Shown in pieces: positions 10,436-21,565 of a stretch of 64,000 bases of DNA. Under the pieces are notes generated by a model, which saw only the letters and a program-made list of their open reading frames with translations, searched no databases and had not been told where the DNA came from. Both the position numbers and the translations under genes were made by a program. This DNA is from Calditrichia bacterium. GTDB lineage: Bacteria > Calditrichota > Calditrichia > JAJRVZ01. How positions within the stretch are numbered: the stretch's first letter is position 1; the number at the start of each line of letters is the position of its first letter. Location of the stretch: the NCBI GenBank assembly GCA_963777955.1, contig CAVZSQ010000003.1, positions 96,001 to 160,000 of the forward strand. The letters are read 5' to 3'.

Positions 10436-11356
10436 ATGATACTTTCTGTAAGAGCTGTCATCCTGATAAGTGCCTGTATATTCGGTCAGACGATTTACGC
10501 CGGAATATATCGTGAGCAACTCAATTTAAAAGATCTTTTACCGGATAGCGCAGAACTGCAGGATTGGTCAAACAGCGGGGAAACTCGCCTGGCAGCTGGA
10601 AAAGATTTATATTTGTTGATTGACGGGGGTGCAGAGATTTACTATGAATATGGATTTAAGGAAGTTATTTTTCAATCCTATAGCCATGTAAACGGTCAAT
10701 CGATAAATCTGGAAATCTATGAAATGAATAATCCGGACGCTGCCTACGGAGTATATACCTTTAAAACCGGGAGCGACGGTATCCCTCTTGACATTGGGCA
10801 GGAAAGCTGGCTGGAATCATATTTCCTGAATAGTTGGAGGGGTAACTATATTGTTACCGTGATAGGTTTAAATGAGGATACAGTCACAATTGCAGGAATA
10901 AAAAAAATAGCAGGGATTGTCGACTCTAAAATAGTCAGCGCATCGCCGTACCCACAGATCTTATCCTATTTACCCCGGGAAAACCTGAGGTTAAACAGCA
11001 TATATTACCTGAAGGGCAATCTGGCTTTATTCAATTATTATTTATTCAGCAGTGCGAATATTTTTGGTGTACAGGAAGGTGTGGTCGGAGAATATCCCGA
11101 TCATACCGTCTTCATATTTCAGTATGCTGATAAGTCAGAATCGGAAAAATGGTATAAAGCAGCGAAAAATCATTTAAAAATAAGTGATCGTTTTAAGGGT
11201 TACACAGAAACCGGTAATACGGTCAGTATTTGTGATGTAAAGAATCAGTTCATAATGTGCAAACAGTATCAAAAATGGATCGTACTTCTCCTCAGTGATG
11301 GGAACGTTGATACAGAAAGAATTTTTAATTCTTTGCGGTCAAAATTGGATTTTTAA
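10436..11356 (+). CDS. DUF6599-like exported protein
   Basis: Signal peptide; LYLLIDGGAEIYYEYGF and LEIYEMNNPDAAYGVYT; adjacent to DUF362. Confidence 0.65.
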   Translation: MILSVRAVILISACIFGQTIYAGIYREQLNLKDLLPDSAELQDWSNSGETRLAAGKDLYLLIDGGAEIYYEYGFKEVIFQSYSHVNGQSINLEIYEMNNPDAAYGVYTFKTGSDGIPLDIGQESWLESYFLNSWRGNYIVTVIGLNEDTVTIAGIKKIAGIVDSKIVSASPYPQILSYLPRENLRLNSIYYLKGNLALFNYYLFSSANIFGVQEGVVGEYPDHTVFIFQYADKSESEKWYKAAKNHLKISDRFKGYTETGNTVSICDVKNQFIMCKQYQKWIVLLLSDGNVDTERIFNSLRSKLDF

Positions 11357-11374
11357 AATTAAGGAGCAGCGTTC

Positions 11375-12307
11375 ATGAATATTCAATTCCTGGATCCGTT
11401 AACCAAGGCATTAAACCGGATGAAGCAGGCACTTTTTAAACCATTTGATCTGAAGAAATGGTTTGTGGTGGGCTTCACAGCCTTCCTGGCCGAATTGTCG
11501 GATTTTACCCGCGGCGGCGGGTCGCAAACCGGCAGGGAAAGCGCGGGTGACTTCGGTTGGCAGGACGCGCTTAATTTTCCACAGACAGCCCGGGAGTGGC
11601 TGCAGGAAAATCCCGAATGGTTTGCCCTGATTATTGCCGGAATATGCGTAATACTGGTTATTATAGTATTGTTCACCTGGCTGAGTTCCCGCGGTAAATT
11701 TATGTTCTTAGACAATGTGACCCATGACCGGGCTCAGGTCAAAAAGCCCTGGCAGGAATTCAGAATCCAGGGCAATTCACTGTTCAGCTGGTACCTGATT
11801 TTTATATTTACGGCTCTCACGGTCTTCATCCTCTATCTGGTAAATTGTTATAATTATATTTATGATCTCTACAACAATAATATGGAAGTAAAGGTGCTCC
11901 TCTCCCCGGCCATCTGGATGATAGCCGGATTGCTGGTCTTATGGCTGGTCATATCATTTATTGACCTGCTGCTAACCGATTTTGTAGTACCGCTGATGTA
12001 CAGATACCGGTTGAGTACCAGTGACGCCTGGCATATGTTCTTGCCTTTACTGTATGCCCATCTTGGTTACTTTTTGGGATATGCAGTTATGGTCTTTTTT
12101 ATTTACCTGCTGGTTGTAACCGGGGTTATTATTGTGGGCTTGTTCACCTGCTGTATCGGTTTTCTGTTCCTGATCATTCCTTATATTAATTCGGTTACTC
12201 TCCTGCCGGTTTCATATACCATGCGGGCATTCAGTGTTGAGTTTCTGCAACAATTTGGTCCGGACTATCATATATTTCCCGAACCTGCCGAAGGATCGAG
12301 GAAATAA
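11375..12307 (+). CDS. Conserved multi-pass membrane protein
   Basis: 310 aa with several TM segments; WLSSRGKFMFLD, LFTCCIG. Confidence 0.75.
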   Translation: MNIQFLDPLTKALNRMKQALFKPFDLKKWFVVGFTAFLAELSDFTRGGGSQTGRESAGDFGWQDALNFPQTAREWLQENPEWFALIIAGICVILVIIVLFTWLSSRGKFMFLDNVTHDRAQVKKPWQEFRIQGNSLFSWYLIFIFTALTVFILYLVNCYNYIYDLYNNNMEVKVLLSPAIWMIAGLLVLWLVISFIDLLLTDFVVPLMYRYRLSTSDAWHMFLPLLYAHLGYFLGYAVMVFFIYLLVVTGVIIVGLFTCCIGFLFLIIPYINSVTLLPVSYTMRAFSVEFLQQFGPDYHIFPEPAEGSRK

Positions 12308-12313
12308 TTTACT

Positions 12314-12625
12314 ATGGTCAACTGTGCACAGTGCAAACAGGAATTAGGGAGTAAGCAAAAAGAGGAGCTGGTCGCTTCCATCTCGGGTGGTATTATGGGG
12401 GATGAGTACATCGAGACATATTTTTTTTGCGCAAAATGCGGGGTATATACTGTAGAGGTTTATCATGACCGGTTTTCAGGACCGGAGGAAATATTTGTTA
12501 ATGGTCCGATTGCCAAAGCAGAGGGGGATGAAAAAGTCGCACTGATAAAGCAGTGTTCAGAGCCCTGGAATAAAAAATGCCGCTGTGCTGCACATCGTGC
12601 CTACTTTGGGGATTCGTTAGATTGA
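12314..12625 (+). CDS. Small Cys-rich, putative zinc-binding protein
   Basis: CAQC, CAKC, C...CRCAAH. Confidence 0.7.
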   Translation: MVNCAQCKQELGSKQKEELVASISGGIMGDEYIETYFFCAKCGVYTVEVYHDRFSGPEEIFVNGPIAKAEGDEKVALIKQCSEPWNKKCRCAAHRAYFGDSLD

Positions 12626-12637
12626 GAGGAGATTAAA

Positions 12638-13752
12638 ATGTCCAAAAGTGTAATTAAATATTCAATCGGAATATAAATTATGCGCACTTTCTTCCTGAAG
12701 ATTTGCGTATAGAGGGTACCATTAAACCGGAGATCCGCTACCGGGGCCTGTATGAGGTCGTGGTGTATAACGGCAGGTTGAATCTCAGCGGTGTATTTAA
12801 TCCTCCCGATTTAAATGGTTTAAATGTACCAGTTCAGGACATAATCTGGAAGGACGCGATTTTATCTGTCGGGATTACCGATATGAAAGGTATACAGGAC
12901 TTCATCGAAATAGTCTGGAATGAAAAGAAATATTCAGCTAGTCCCGGCATTGAAAGCAAAGACGTCATGTTCTCCGGTATAAGTATTAATCCTCTGTCAA
13001 ACGCAGAACAGGTTAAAAAATATGAATTCAATGTTCAGATTAATCTGAATGGCAGTTACGGATTGTTTTTCGTCCCGGCAGGCAAAGAAACCCGGGTTGA
13101 ACTTAGTTCCGATTGGAACAATCCGAGTTTCACCGGAACTTATTTACCGGAAAACCGGGAAATAACCAAGGATGGTTTCCGGGCCAGCTGGAAGGTGCTG
13201 CACCTGAATCGTAATTTTCCTCAAAGCTGGCTGGGTCCGCAGTACAAGGTAGCGGATTCTGCTTTTGGCCTGGATTTACTTTTAGCAATTGATGAATATC
13301 AGAAGACGATGCGAACGACCAAATATGCCATCTTATTCCTATCGCTGACTTTTCTGACATTTTTTATGATTGAATTGTTAAGTAAAAAAGTTATCCATCC
13401 TATTCAATATATGCTGATTGGATTTGCGCTATTAATATTTTATACGCTTTTATTATCATTGTCGGAGTACCTTTTATTTAAATACGCCTACCTGATCGCC
13501 GCTGCGGCTATCATTATATTAATTTCGCTTTATTCGGTCAGCGTCCTGCATAACCTCCGGCAGACCGGGATCATCACCGGTATCTTAGTATTATTATATG
13601 GCTATTTATATACGATATTACAACTACAGGATTATGCTTTATTGATGGGCAGCATCGGATTGTTTATCGTGCTGGCTGTGGTAATGTACCTGACCAGGAG
13701 CATCGATTGGTTCACCATCATCAGTGAACAGGGTCCGAAAGATTCCAACTAG
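12638..13752 (+). pseudogene. creD: Inner membrane protein CreD with N-terminal internal deletion
   Basis: RBS and MSKSVIKYSIGI* abut out-of-frame NYAHFLPEDL...RYRGLYEV; KYAILF, IHPIQY and DYALLMGS motifs intact downstream. Confidence 0.75.
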
Positions 13753-14036
13753 GGTATGGATTCGCAGATAGCGGAATATCAAATAACTCCTGTTCTGATT
13801 CCGTCACTGCGTTGGTGCCTAAGGCAGTTGAATCGCACTGATTTGGATTTTTTACGATCATTTAAAACCGTGATAGATTTCCTGCTCAAACCTGACACGA
13901 TGATGAGGTGTTCTCATGGTTCTCCGGATTAATTTTAATATAGAATTATTTTGTGAAATACTATCCGAATGTGATCTTCCGGTAAAAAACTGGTGGCTGC
14001 GGAAATATTTAGCGAACAATAATATTTAAAAAATAA

Positions 14037-14063
14037 TGCAACTATAACGGCATTTTTACGTGA
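14037..14063 (+). promoter_or_regulatory. Putative ECF-sigma promoter
   Basis: TGCAAC-N16-CGTGA upstream of an ABC-2 operon. Confidence 0.4.
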
Positions 14064-14134
14064 TATCCAACCAAAGACGCGCCCCGGCCATATAATGATT
14101 TGTTTTTAAATACAAATATTCACAGGTATAAAGC

Positions 14135-15046
14135 ATGTCTGCCGTTGAACTTCAAAACGTTACCAAAACCTTTGGTAACCACGTAGCCGTTGCGGATTTA
14201 ACATTATCTGTGCCAAAAGGAAGTGTGTATGGTTTTATTGGTCCTAATGGATCGGGTAAAACAACAACTCTGCGTATGATCATGAATATTCTTTTCCCGG
14301 ATTCGGGAGAAATAAAAGTTTTCGGTGAAACACTCAAATCATCGACCTGCGACCGGATAGGATACATGCCCGAAGAGCGGGGTTTATATCAGCGTATGAA
14401 AGTGCGGGATTTATTAATATTTTTTGGGGGGCTGAAGAACGGTCAGGGCATTAAATCCAGGGTGGATTATTGGCTGGAGAGACTGGATCTGGCTAAATGG
14501 GCCGGCCAGAAAGTCGAAACGCTCAGTAAAGGTATGAGTCAGAAAGTGCAATTTATCGCCACAGTTGTAGCCAAGCCGGAATTGGTAATTCTGGATGAGC
14601 CATTCACCGGTTTGGATCCGGTAAATAGTGAAGTTATCAAAAATGCCATTCTGGAATTGCAGGATAACGGCACTACTGTCATTTTCAGTACCCATGACAT
14701 GAATATGGCCGAACGGATGTGTGATTTTATATTTATGATTTTTAAAGGGCAGAAGGTATTGGATGGTACCTTAACTTCGATTCAGGATAATTACGGTGAT
14801 GATACTATCAGGGTACAGACCGATCAGGGTGCGGATATTTTGCATGATATTGATGGAATTGAAAAGGTCAATGATTACGGTAATCTGCAGGAATTACGCA
14901 TACTGCCCAATGCTGATCCGCAGCAGATACTGAAAACAATATTGGCACGGACAAGGATTCGTAGTTTCCAGATCGTTAAGCCGTCTCTGCATGATATTTT
15001 TATTCGCATTGCCGGACCTGAAGCAAAGGAGATCGCTCATGCGTAA
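14135..15046 (+). CDS. ABC-2 type transporter ATP-binding protein (NatA/YhaQ-like)
   Basis: GPNGSGKTT, LSKGMSQK, ILDEPF. Confidence 0.93.
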   Translation: MSAVELQNVTKTFGNHVAVADLTLSVPKGSVYGFIGPNGSGKTTTLRMIMNILFPDSGEIKVFGETLKSSTCDRIGYMPEERGLYQRMKVRDLLIFFGGLKNGQGIKSRVDYWLERLDLAKWAGQKVETLSKGMSQKVQFIATVVAKPELVILDEPFTGLDPVNSEVIKNAILELQDNGTTVIFSTHDMNMAERMCDFIFMIFKGQKVLDGTLTSIQDNYGDDTIRVQTDQGADILHDIDGIEKVNDYGNLQELRILPNADPQQILKTILARTRIRSFQIVKPSLHDIFIRIAGPEAKEIAHA

Positions 15047-16358
15047 AGTGCTAAGATATGCCGGACGGGAGTACCTGGCGGCAGTCCGCACGAAGGGTTT
15101 TATTATCGGTTTGATTCTGGCACCGGTGCTGATGAGCGGAGGATTCATAGCTTTTCTTTTGCTTAAAGACAGGGTTGATACAACGGATAAGCATATGGCG
15201 ATTATTGATCATACCGGCGGAATAGTTACCGAATCATTATTTAAAGCAGCGGAGTATCGTAATACTAATGAGCTGCTGGACAAGAATTCCGGTAAAAAAA
15301 TCAAACCGGCATATTATTTTGAACCTGTTGATCCTGATACCCATAATACCAGTAGACAACTTCTTGAATTATCTGACCGGGTAAGGCGGAATGATCTCTA
15401 TGCTTTCGTAGTAATCTATCCCGATATTATTCATCCCGATCCAAAGACAAAGAATACGAAAATAGCATTTTACGGCCGCAGCGCCGCGATGGATGATGTA
15501 CGGGATTGGATCATGTGGCCGGTTAATGATCATCTTCGCAAGTTACGTCTCAACGATGCCGGGATAAAAGAATCTGCAGTCGCCGATCTGTTTTACTGGG
15601 TAAATGTTGAAGGATTAAATCTGCTTTCAGTGGATAAAAATACCGGCACAATCGGCGATGCACGCAAAGCCAGTCCAATTGACGCATTGTTGGTTCCCAT
15701 TGTGATTATGATGATCATGTTTTTAATGATCATGATGAGTGTCCCCGGCATGCTGACCTCGGTTATGGAGGAGAAAACACAGCGAATAGCAGAGGTACTG
15801 TTAGCCTCGATTACTCCTTTTGAATTTATGCTGGCGAAATTACTGGCTGGTGTGGCGGTATCGCTTACCAGTTCAGCGGTATATATAATTGGTGGTGTAA
15901 CGGCAGTGACGTATATGGGTTTCGATGAATTTATACCTTTTCATGTCCTGCCCTGGTTTTTGATCTATATGTTGCTTTCAATCATTATGTTTGGATCCAT
16001 CTCAACGGCGCTGGGATCAACCTGCAGCGAGGCTAAAGATGCTCAGTCGCTGAATTTTCCAGCCATATTGCCTGCCATTATACCGATGTTTATATATTTC
16101 CCGGTAGCCAAGGAGCCGTTGAGTAGTTTTGCTACCTGGTTGTCACTCATCCCGCCGTTCACGCCGTTATTGATGGTTTTACGGCTGGGTACACCAGCCA
16201 GCATTCCGGTCTGGCAGCCTTTTCTGGGATTAGCCGGCGTGCTATTATGCACTTTATTTTTTGTGTGGGTGGGCAGCCGGATCTTTCGAATAGCGATTTT
16301 AACGCAGGGTACTCCGCCAAAACTTTCCAATATTCTCCGCTGGGCCGTACGGGGCTAA
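15039..16358 (+). CDS. ABC-2 type transporter permease (NatB/YhaP-like)
   Basis: ATG 15039 with AAGGAG RBS, overlapping the ATPase stop; SVMEEKTQRIAEVLL. Confidence 0.9.
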   Translation: MRKVLRYAGREYLAAVRTKGFIIGLILAPVLMSGGFIAFLLLKDRVDTTDKHMAIIDHTGGIVTESLFKAAEYRNTNELLDKNSGKKIKPAYYFEPVDPDTHNTSRQLLELSDRVRRNDLYAFVVIYPDIIHPDPKTKNTKIAFYGRSAAMDDVRDWIMWPVNDHLRKLRLNDAGIKESAVADLFYWVNVEGLNLLSVDKNTGTIGDARKASPIDALLVPIVIMMIMFLMIMMSVPGMLTSVMEEKTQRIAEVLLASITPFEFMLAKLLAGVAVSLTSSAVYIIGGVTAVTYMGFDEFIPFHVLPWFLIYMLLSIIMFGSISTALGSTCSEAKDAQSLNFPAILPAIIPMFIYFPVAKEPLSSFATWLSLIPPFTPLLMVLRLGTPASIPVWQPFLGLAGVLLCTLFFVWVGSRIFRIAILTQGTPPKLSNILRWAVRG

Positions 16359-16428
16359 AGGATTTCTTCTGCACCCCGGGCCTTGATTATAACAGAATAA
16401 TTTATAAAATTTGGCAAAGGGTGTATAA

Positions 16429-16980
16429 ATGAACTACAAGCTGTTCATAATACTCATTTCCACTGTAATTCTGCTTGTACTGTCCTGGCGATCCTTACGG
16501 CATCCTGATTATCATGGCTTTTACCGGTTTTTTGCCTGGGAGTTGATCATCGTTCAAATCAGTATTGCTCTGCCGGTGTGGTTTAAGGAGCCCTGCGGCT
16601 GGCATCAGTTGATATCCTGGTTTCTGTTAGGCCTGTCCTTGCCGGTTCTCTATCAGGCAGTTGCGGGATTAAAGCAATCGGGTGGTGAAAGAATCAAACG
16701 GGACAATGATCAAAACTATACCTTTGAGAACACCAGTAAACTGGTTACGCGGGGAATCTATGCCCGGATTCGTCACCCGATGTACGGTTCACTCCTGTTA
16801 CTTAGCTGGGGTGTGTTTTTTAAATATCCTTACGGGTGGGGGATCATTCTGGCCATGCTGGCCTCGCTAGGCCTGTACGCGACGGCCAGGATCGAGGAAA
16901 AGGAAAATATCACAACGTTCGGTGTAGCCTATCTGGAGTATATGAAAAACAGTAAAATGTTCATTCCTTATTTGTTCTGA
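16429..16980 (+). CDS. Isoprenylcysteine carboxylmethyltransferase (ICMT/PEMT) family membrane protein
   Basis: LVTRGIYARIRHPMY, EEKE, FG..YLEY. Confidence 0.88.
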   Translation: MNYKLFIILISTVILLVLSWRSLRHPDYHGFYRFFAWELIIVQISIALPVWFKEPCGWHQLISWFLLGLSLPVLYQAVAGLKQSGGERIKRDNDQNYTFENTSKLVTRGIYARIRHPMYGSLLLLSWGVFFKYPYGWGIILAMLASLGLYATARIEEKENITTFGVAYLEYMKNSKMFIPYLF

Positions 16981-17354
16981 CAGGCAGTACAACTACCGAC
17001 AGGAAAAATTCCAAGTATCAAATTCCAAATCCCGGATGAAATCGTTTTAATTAAAAAAATGTTGTCCTTAAGTAATGATTGGGTTATCTTAAAACATCGG
17101 TAGTATTCCGCATTATTTATATCATTTCGAATACAGGTACCTGTTTACTGGAACAAACCGATCACTATGGATTATCGTGGTACGGTTTCCACAGATCTGC
17201 TGATAGTCGGATTATTGAACGAGAAATTTGGCCGATTCAGCGTGATTCTATCCTGATAGTAAAAACAGCCAGCACCGGAAGCAGGTCAAATCAACAGATC
17301 AATAGATTGAGGTCGCAATATTATATAAGTTGTGGAAGTGGAGAGTGAGCAGAG

Positions 17355-18167
17355 ATGCGTAAAATTGTTATCATAACTGATCTGGATGGAACCTTGCTGC
17401 ATCCCGGGACGTATTCTTATGAGGAGGCTCGACCGGCATTGCAGTTGATCCGGGAGCTGGGGATTCCATTAATCTTTTGCTCAAGCAAAACGCGGGCTGA
17501 AATAGAAGTTTACCGGAAAAAACTTAACAATCATCATCCTTTTATCTCGGAGAATGGAGGGGGAATATTTATTCCCGCAGATTACTTCTCATTCCCTGTC
17601 AAGGCCCGGAAATTCAGAAATTATCATCTGCTCACGCTGGGCCAGCCCTATTCAGAAATTCGCAGGCAGTTCGCGGCTTTAAGAAATAGTCTGAAAGTAA
17701 ATGTGGAAGGCTTTGGGGATATGAGCGTCGAGAGAATTGCCGGATTGACCAATCTTTCAATCAAAGAGGCTCAGCTGGCCCGTAAACGGGATTTTGATGA
17801 ATCCTTTATTTTTAATGATAAACCGGACCGTCGTTTTCTGCGGGCCATCGAAAAGACGGGATTGCAGTGGACCGAGGGACGGTTGTTTCATATCATGGGA
17901 AGCCACGACAAGGGCAAAGCAGTCGGTATTTTAAAGGAGTTCTATACGCGGAAAATGGGGCAGATAGAGACGATCGGCTTAGGAGATAGTATGAACGATT
18001 TACCCCTGCTGAAAGCAGTGGATCAGCCCGTACTGATCTGCCATGAGGATGGCAGCTACGATACAGGCATTAAGATTCCCGCACTTATTAAAACCGGACC
18101 TGCCGGCGACAGGGGCTGGAATACTGTTGTTCTGGCACTGCTGGCAGCGAGGTTAAAGTCGTATTGA
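17355..18167 (+). CDS. Glucosyl/mannosyl-3-phosphoglycerate phosphatase (HAD IIB, MpgP/GpgP)
   Basis: TDLDGTLL, CSSKTRAE, PFISENGG, GLGDSMND. Confidence 0.9.
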   Translation: MRKIVIITDLDGTLLHPGTYSYEEARPALQLIRELGIPLIFCSSKTRAEIEVYRKKLNNHHPFISENGGGIFIPADYFSFPVKARKFRNYHLLTLGQPYSEIRRQFAALRNSLKVNVEGFGDMSVERIAGLTNLSIKEAQLARKRDFDESFIFNDKPDRRFLRAIEKTGLQWTEGRLFHIMGSHDKGKAVGILKEFYTRKMGQIETIGLGDSMNDLPLLKAVDQPVLICHEDGSYDTGIKIPALIKTGPAGDRGWNTVVLALLAARLKSY

Positions 18168-18282
18168 ATCTGATGGTATTTTGTAGATCAAGGTTGGACG
18201 CGGTTGATTTTCAATTTGCAGTTTACAGAAAACAATTTTGTTTAAAGTGTAACAGTCAGCTAGCCTAAGGGTAACACAATTT

Positions 18283-19545
18283 ATGCAGGGTATTGTATCC
18301 CGAAAAGAAGTTGCAGAACAACTGGAAAAAATAAAAGAAGTCGATATCCTGATTGGTATTCCCAGTTATAATAATGCACGTACCATCGGTCATGTGGTTA
18401 AAGCGGTACAGGCAGGACTGAATAAATATTTTCCAGGTACAACGGTCCGTGCTGGTTAATTCCGATGGCGGTTCCACAGATGGAACGACGGATGTGGTGA
18501 AAAATACGGTAATCGAGGATTTTGATTCTATCCTGCTGCATCACCGCATCGATCCATTTTTCAAGATTGTAACACCGTACATGGGCTTGCCGGGAAAAGG
18601 AAGTGCTTTTCGCGCAATATTTGAAATCGCCAGTGAACTCAAAGTTAAAGGCCTGCGCGGTGGTAGATTCGGATTTGCGCAGTATTACACCGGAGTGGAT
18701 CGAATTATTGATCAAACCGGTACTCGAGTATGGTTTCGATTATGTTACGCCTCTTTATCACCGGCATAAATATGACGGTACCATAACCAACAGTATTATC
18801 TACCCGTTGACGCGGGCACTTTACGGAAAAAGGATTCGCCAGCCGATTGGTGGTGATTTTGGATTTTCCGGTCAGTTACTTAAATTCTTACTCACAAAAA
18901 ATGTATGGCAAACGGATATTGCCCGTTATGGCATAGATATATGGATAACCACAGAAGCCTTAGCCAACGGATTCAAAATTGCCCAATCGTTTCTTGGTGC
19001 TAAAATTCATGATCCCAAGGATCCGGGCTCGGATTTAAGCACGATGCTGGCTCAGGTTGTCGGTTCCACATTCGGTTTAATGGAGACCTATCAGGACATC
19101 TGGAAAAAGATTAACGGTTCGGAACAGGTTCCTTCTTTCGGATTTCTACTATGCAGTACAACCGGAAAATATCAAAGTAAATGTAAGCCGGATGCTGGCG
19201 ATATTCAGGGATGGTGTCAAAGAATTACGGGAAATATTATTGATAATTATCGGCGCGGGGGATTTGAGTAACCTGGAGAGTCTGACCGGATTGCCTGATC
19301 GGCACTTTACATTTCCGGTGAGCTTGTGGACGAGGATTATTTATGATTATGCGCTGGCTTACTACAAGAAAAAATTGCCTGCTGAACACTTATTAAAATC
19401 ACTTACTCCGCTCTATCTGGGTAAAACAGTTTCCTTTGTACAGGAAATGGAAAATCTGGAGCAAGCCGGAGTGGAAACAGCGATAGAAAAACTTTGTCTT
19501 GAATTTGAACGGGAGAAAAACCATTTGATTAATAATTGGATATAA
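18283..19545 (+). CDS. GT2 glycosyltransferase, glucosylglycerate synthase (Ggs)-like; several frameshifts (near 18440, 18650, 19150-19190)
   Basis: Joined frames: ILIGIPSYNNARTIGHVV, NSDGGSTDGT, GKGSAFR, VDSDLRSITPEW, RHKYDGTITN, RQPIGGDFG, GAKIHDPKDP. Confidence 0.8.
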
Positions 19546-19560
19546 AATAAGGAGTGCGCC

Positions 19561-20256
19561 ATGAATGAATTTTTGCAACTTATTTTAGAACCGTTGCAGG
19601 AGGTACTTTTAAAGTTTATGGAATACACACCGAATATCATTGCCGCTTTGACAATTATTTTCGTCGGTATTCTGTTCGCCCGTATGATATACCTGATTCT
19701 TCTACGAATCTTAAAAGCATTAAAGTTTGACAGCTGGAGTGACCGGATGGGTCTTACCAGTGTTTTGAGGAAAAGTGATTTATGGACGAAGCCATCGGAA
19801 ACCAGTGCAACGGTAATTTACTGGTTCTTTCTTATCGTCTTTGTCATGGCTGGATTGAGTGCTTTGCGTCTGGAAGCCATCGATAACCTGGTAGCGCAAT
19901 TTTTTCTTTATTTACCACGGGCCTTTTCGGCGGTACTGATACTTATTTTCGGATATATTGTGGCGGCATTTATCAGCCGGGCGGTGTTGATAATGGCGGT
20001 AAATAGCGGGTATTATTATGCCAAACTTCTTGCTGATGCAATAAAGCTTCTGCTTACGGTTCTGATCCTGGCCATGGCGCTGGAGCAGTTCCGCATCGCA
20101 CCGGGTATCGTCATCGCAGCATTCTCTATTACCTTTGGTGGAATTGTACTGGCCCTGGCGATATCCTTTGGTGTCGGTGGAATCGATTCAGCGCGAAAAA
20201 TGATCGAAAGGGAGGAAGGAAATAAAGAAGAAAAAAAGGATATAGAGCATATCTAA
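19561..20256 (+). CDS. Small-conductance mechanosensitive channel-related TM protein (TM_helix repeats, CmpX-like)
   Basis: YTPNIIAA and YLPRAFSA repeats; ALAISFGVGG. Confidence 0.75.
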   Translation: MNEFLQLILEPLQEVLLKFMEYTPNIIAALTIIFVGILFARMIYLILLRILKALKFDSWSDRMGLTSVLRKSDLWTKPSETSATVIYWFFLIVFVMAGLSALRLEAIDNLVAQFFLYLPRAFSAVLILIFGYIVAAFISRAVLIMAVNSGYYYAKLLADAIKLLLTVLILAMALEQFRIAPGIVIAAFSITFGGIVLALAISFGVGGIDSARKMIEREEGNKEEKKDIEHI

Positions 20257-20268
20257 AAGGAGCCGGCT

Positions 20269-21486
20269 ATGTCAGATTTTTACCAAACCGGAGTCATTAC
20301 CACACTCCACAATCTGGGTAAACCGTCGTTGGAACGATTAGAATTGGAATTGCATGAATATTCCAAAGTTCGGCCGGTGACACTGGTATTGCCGGCGCTG
20401 TATTCCGAGTTTGAGGGGACGGCTATGCCGCGTATCATTGAAGAACTGGCCAAGGTGAAATACCTGGATGAAATTGTACTCGTTCTGGATAACGCTTCCG
20501 AAAAGGATTTTCGAAATGTTAAATTATTTATGTCACCCATTCCATACAGTGTCAAGATTATCAATAATCAAGGGAAACGGATAAAAGAAATTTACCATAC
20601 CCTGGCCAGGAATGGTCTGGAAGTGGGCCAACAAGGGAAAGGCCGTTCGGCCTGGCTGGCGTATGGTTATGTCATTGCCCGGAACCGTTCGGATGTCATT
20701 GTTTTGCATGATTGTGATATAGTCAGTTACAGTCGCGAATTGTTAGCCTGGCTATGTTACCCGGTGGTAAATCCCAATCTGGACTATGTTTTCTGCAAGG
20801 GATTTTACAGCCGGGTTACCGACCGGATGCATGGCCGGGTAACACGGTTACTGATTACTCCTCTGATCCGTTCTTTGCAGGTCTTGCATGGTGAGCACGG
20901 TTTCCTGAAATTTCTGGATAGTTTTCGGTATCCCTTAGCGGGTGAATTTTGCATGATAACTGATATGGCCAGGGTTAACCGGATTCCCTGGGACTGGGGT
21001 TTGGAAATCGGATCTCTAGCTGAGGTTTATCGTAACTACTCCCCGCGTCGTATATGCCAGGTGGATATTGCCGGCACCTATGAGCATAAACATCAGAATC
21101 TTTCGGTAGATAATCCGGAACAAGGCTTGATGAAAATGGCGATTGATATCTGTAAATCTATATTCCGAACCATGGCGGCAGAAGGGGTGATATTTAACGA
21201 CGGATCTTTCAAGGCGTTGGCAGTGACCTATCTGCGCCATGCCGAAGATACGATTATGAAATATGAGGCCGATGCTACAATCAATGGACTTATATTCGAC
21301 CGGCATGAAGAGGCCAAAGCCGTTGAAGCATTTACCAAGGGGATTGCCATGGCTGCTCAACTATACCTGGAAAATCCATTAGGTACACCGTTGATCCCTA
21401 ACTGGAACCGGGTCACCTCTGCTATCCCTACAATCCTGATGATGTTAATGCTGGCGGTGGATGAGGATAATAAAGAATATCCATAA
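20269..21486 (+). CDS. gpgS: Glucosyl-3-phosphoglycerate synthase
   Basis: MSDFYQTGVITTLH, GKGRSAW, LHDCDI, GRVTRL, FRYPLAGEF, DWGLEIG, YEHKHQ. Confidence 0.85.
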   Translation: MSDFYQTGVITTLHNLGKPSLERLELELHEYSKVRPVTLVLPALYSEFEGTAMPRIIEELAKVKYLDEIVLVLDNASEKDFRNVKLFMSPIPYSVKIINNQGKRIKEIYHTLARNGLEVGQQGKGRSAWLAYGYVIARNRSDVIVLHDCDIVSYSRELLAWLCYPVVNPNLDYVFCKGFYSRVTDRMHGRVTRLLITPLIRSLQVLHGEHGFLKFLDSFRYPLAGEFCMITDMARVNRIPWDWGLEIGSLAEVYRNYSPRRICQVDIAGTYEHKHQNLSVDNPEQGLMKMAIDICKSIFRTMAAEGVIFNDGSFKALAVTYLRHAEDTIMKYEADATINGLIFDRHEEAKAVEAFTKGIAMAAQLYLENPLGTPLIPNWNRVTSAIPTILMMLMLAVDEDNKEYP

Positions 21487-21565
21487 ACATGCACCTGAAA
21501 CATCCCCTTTATGAAAAATATTACGGGAATTCGATTTGTATGTATTAGTGCTAAGACTAGGTTGA

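Noticed and set aside
17006..17032. AAATTCCAA duplicate after the ICMT gene
   Set aside because: Only two or three short units with no partner arm; too weak to call.
17079..17348. 89-aa ORF upstream of the phosphatase
   Set aside because: TTG start, no clear RBS and no recognisable motif.
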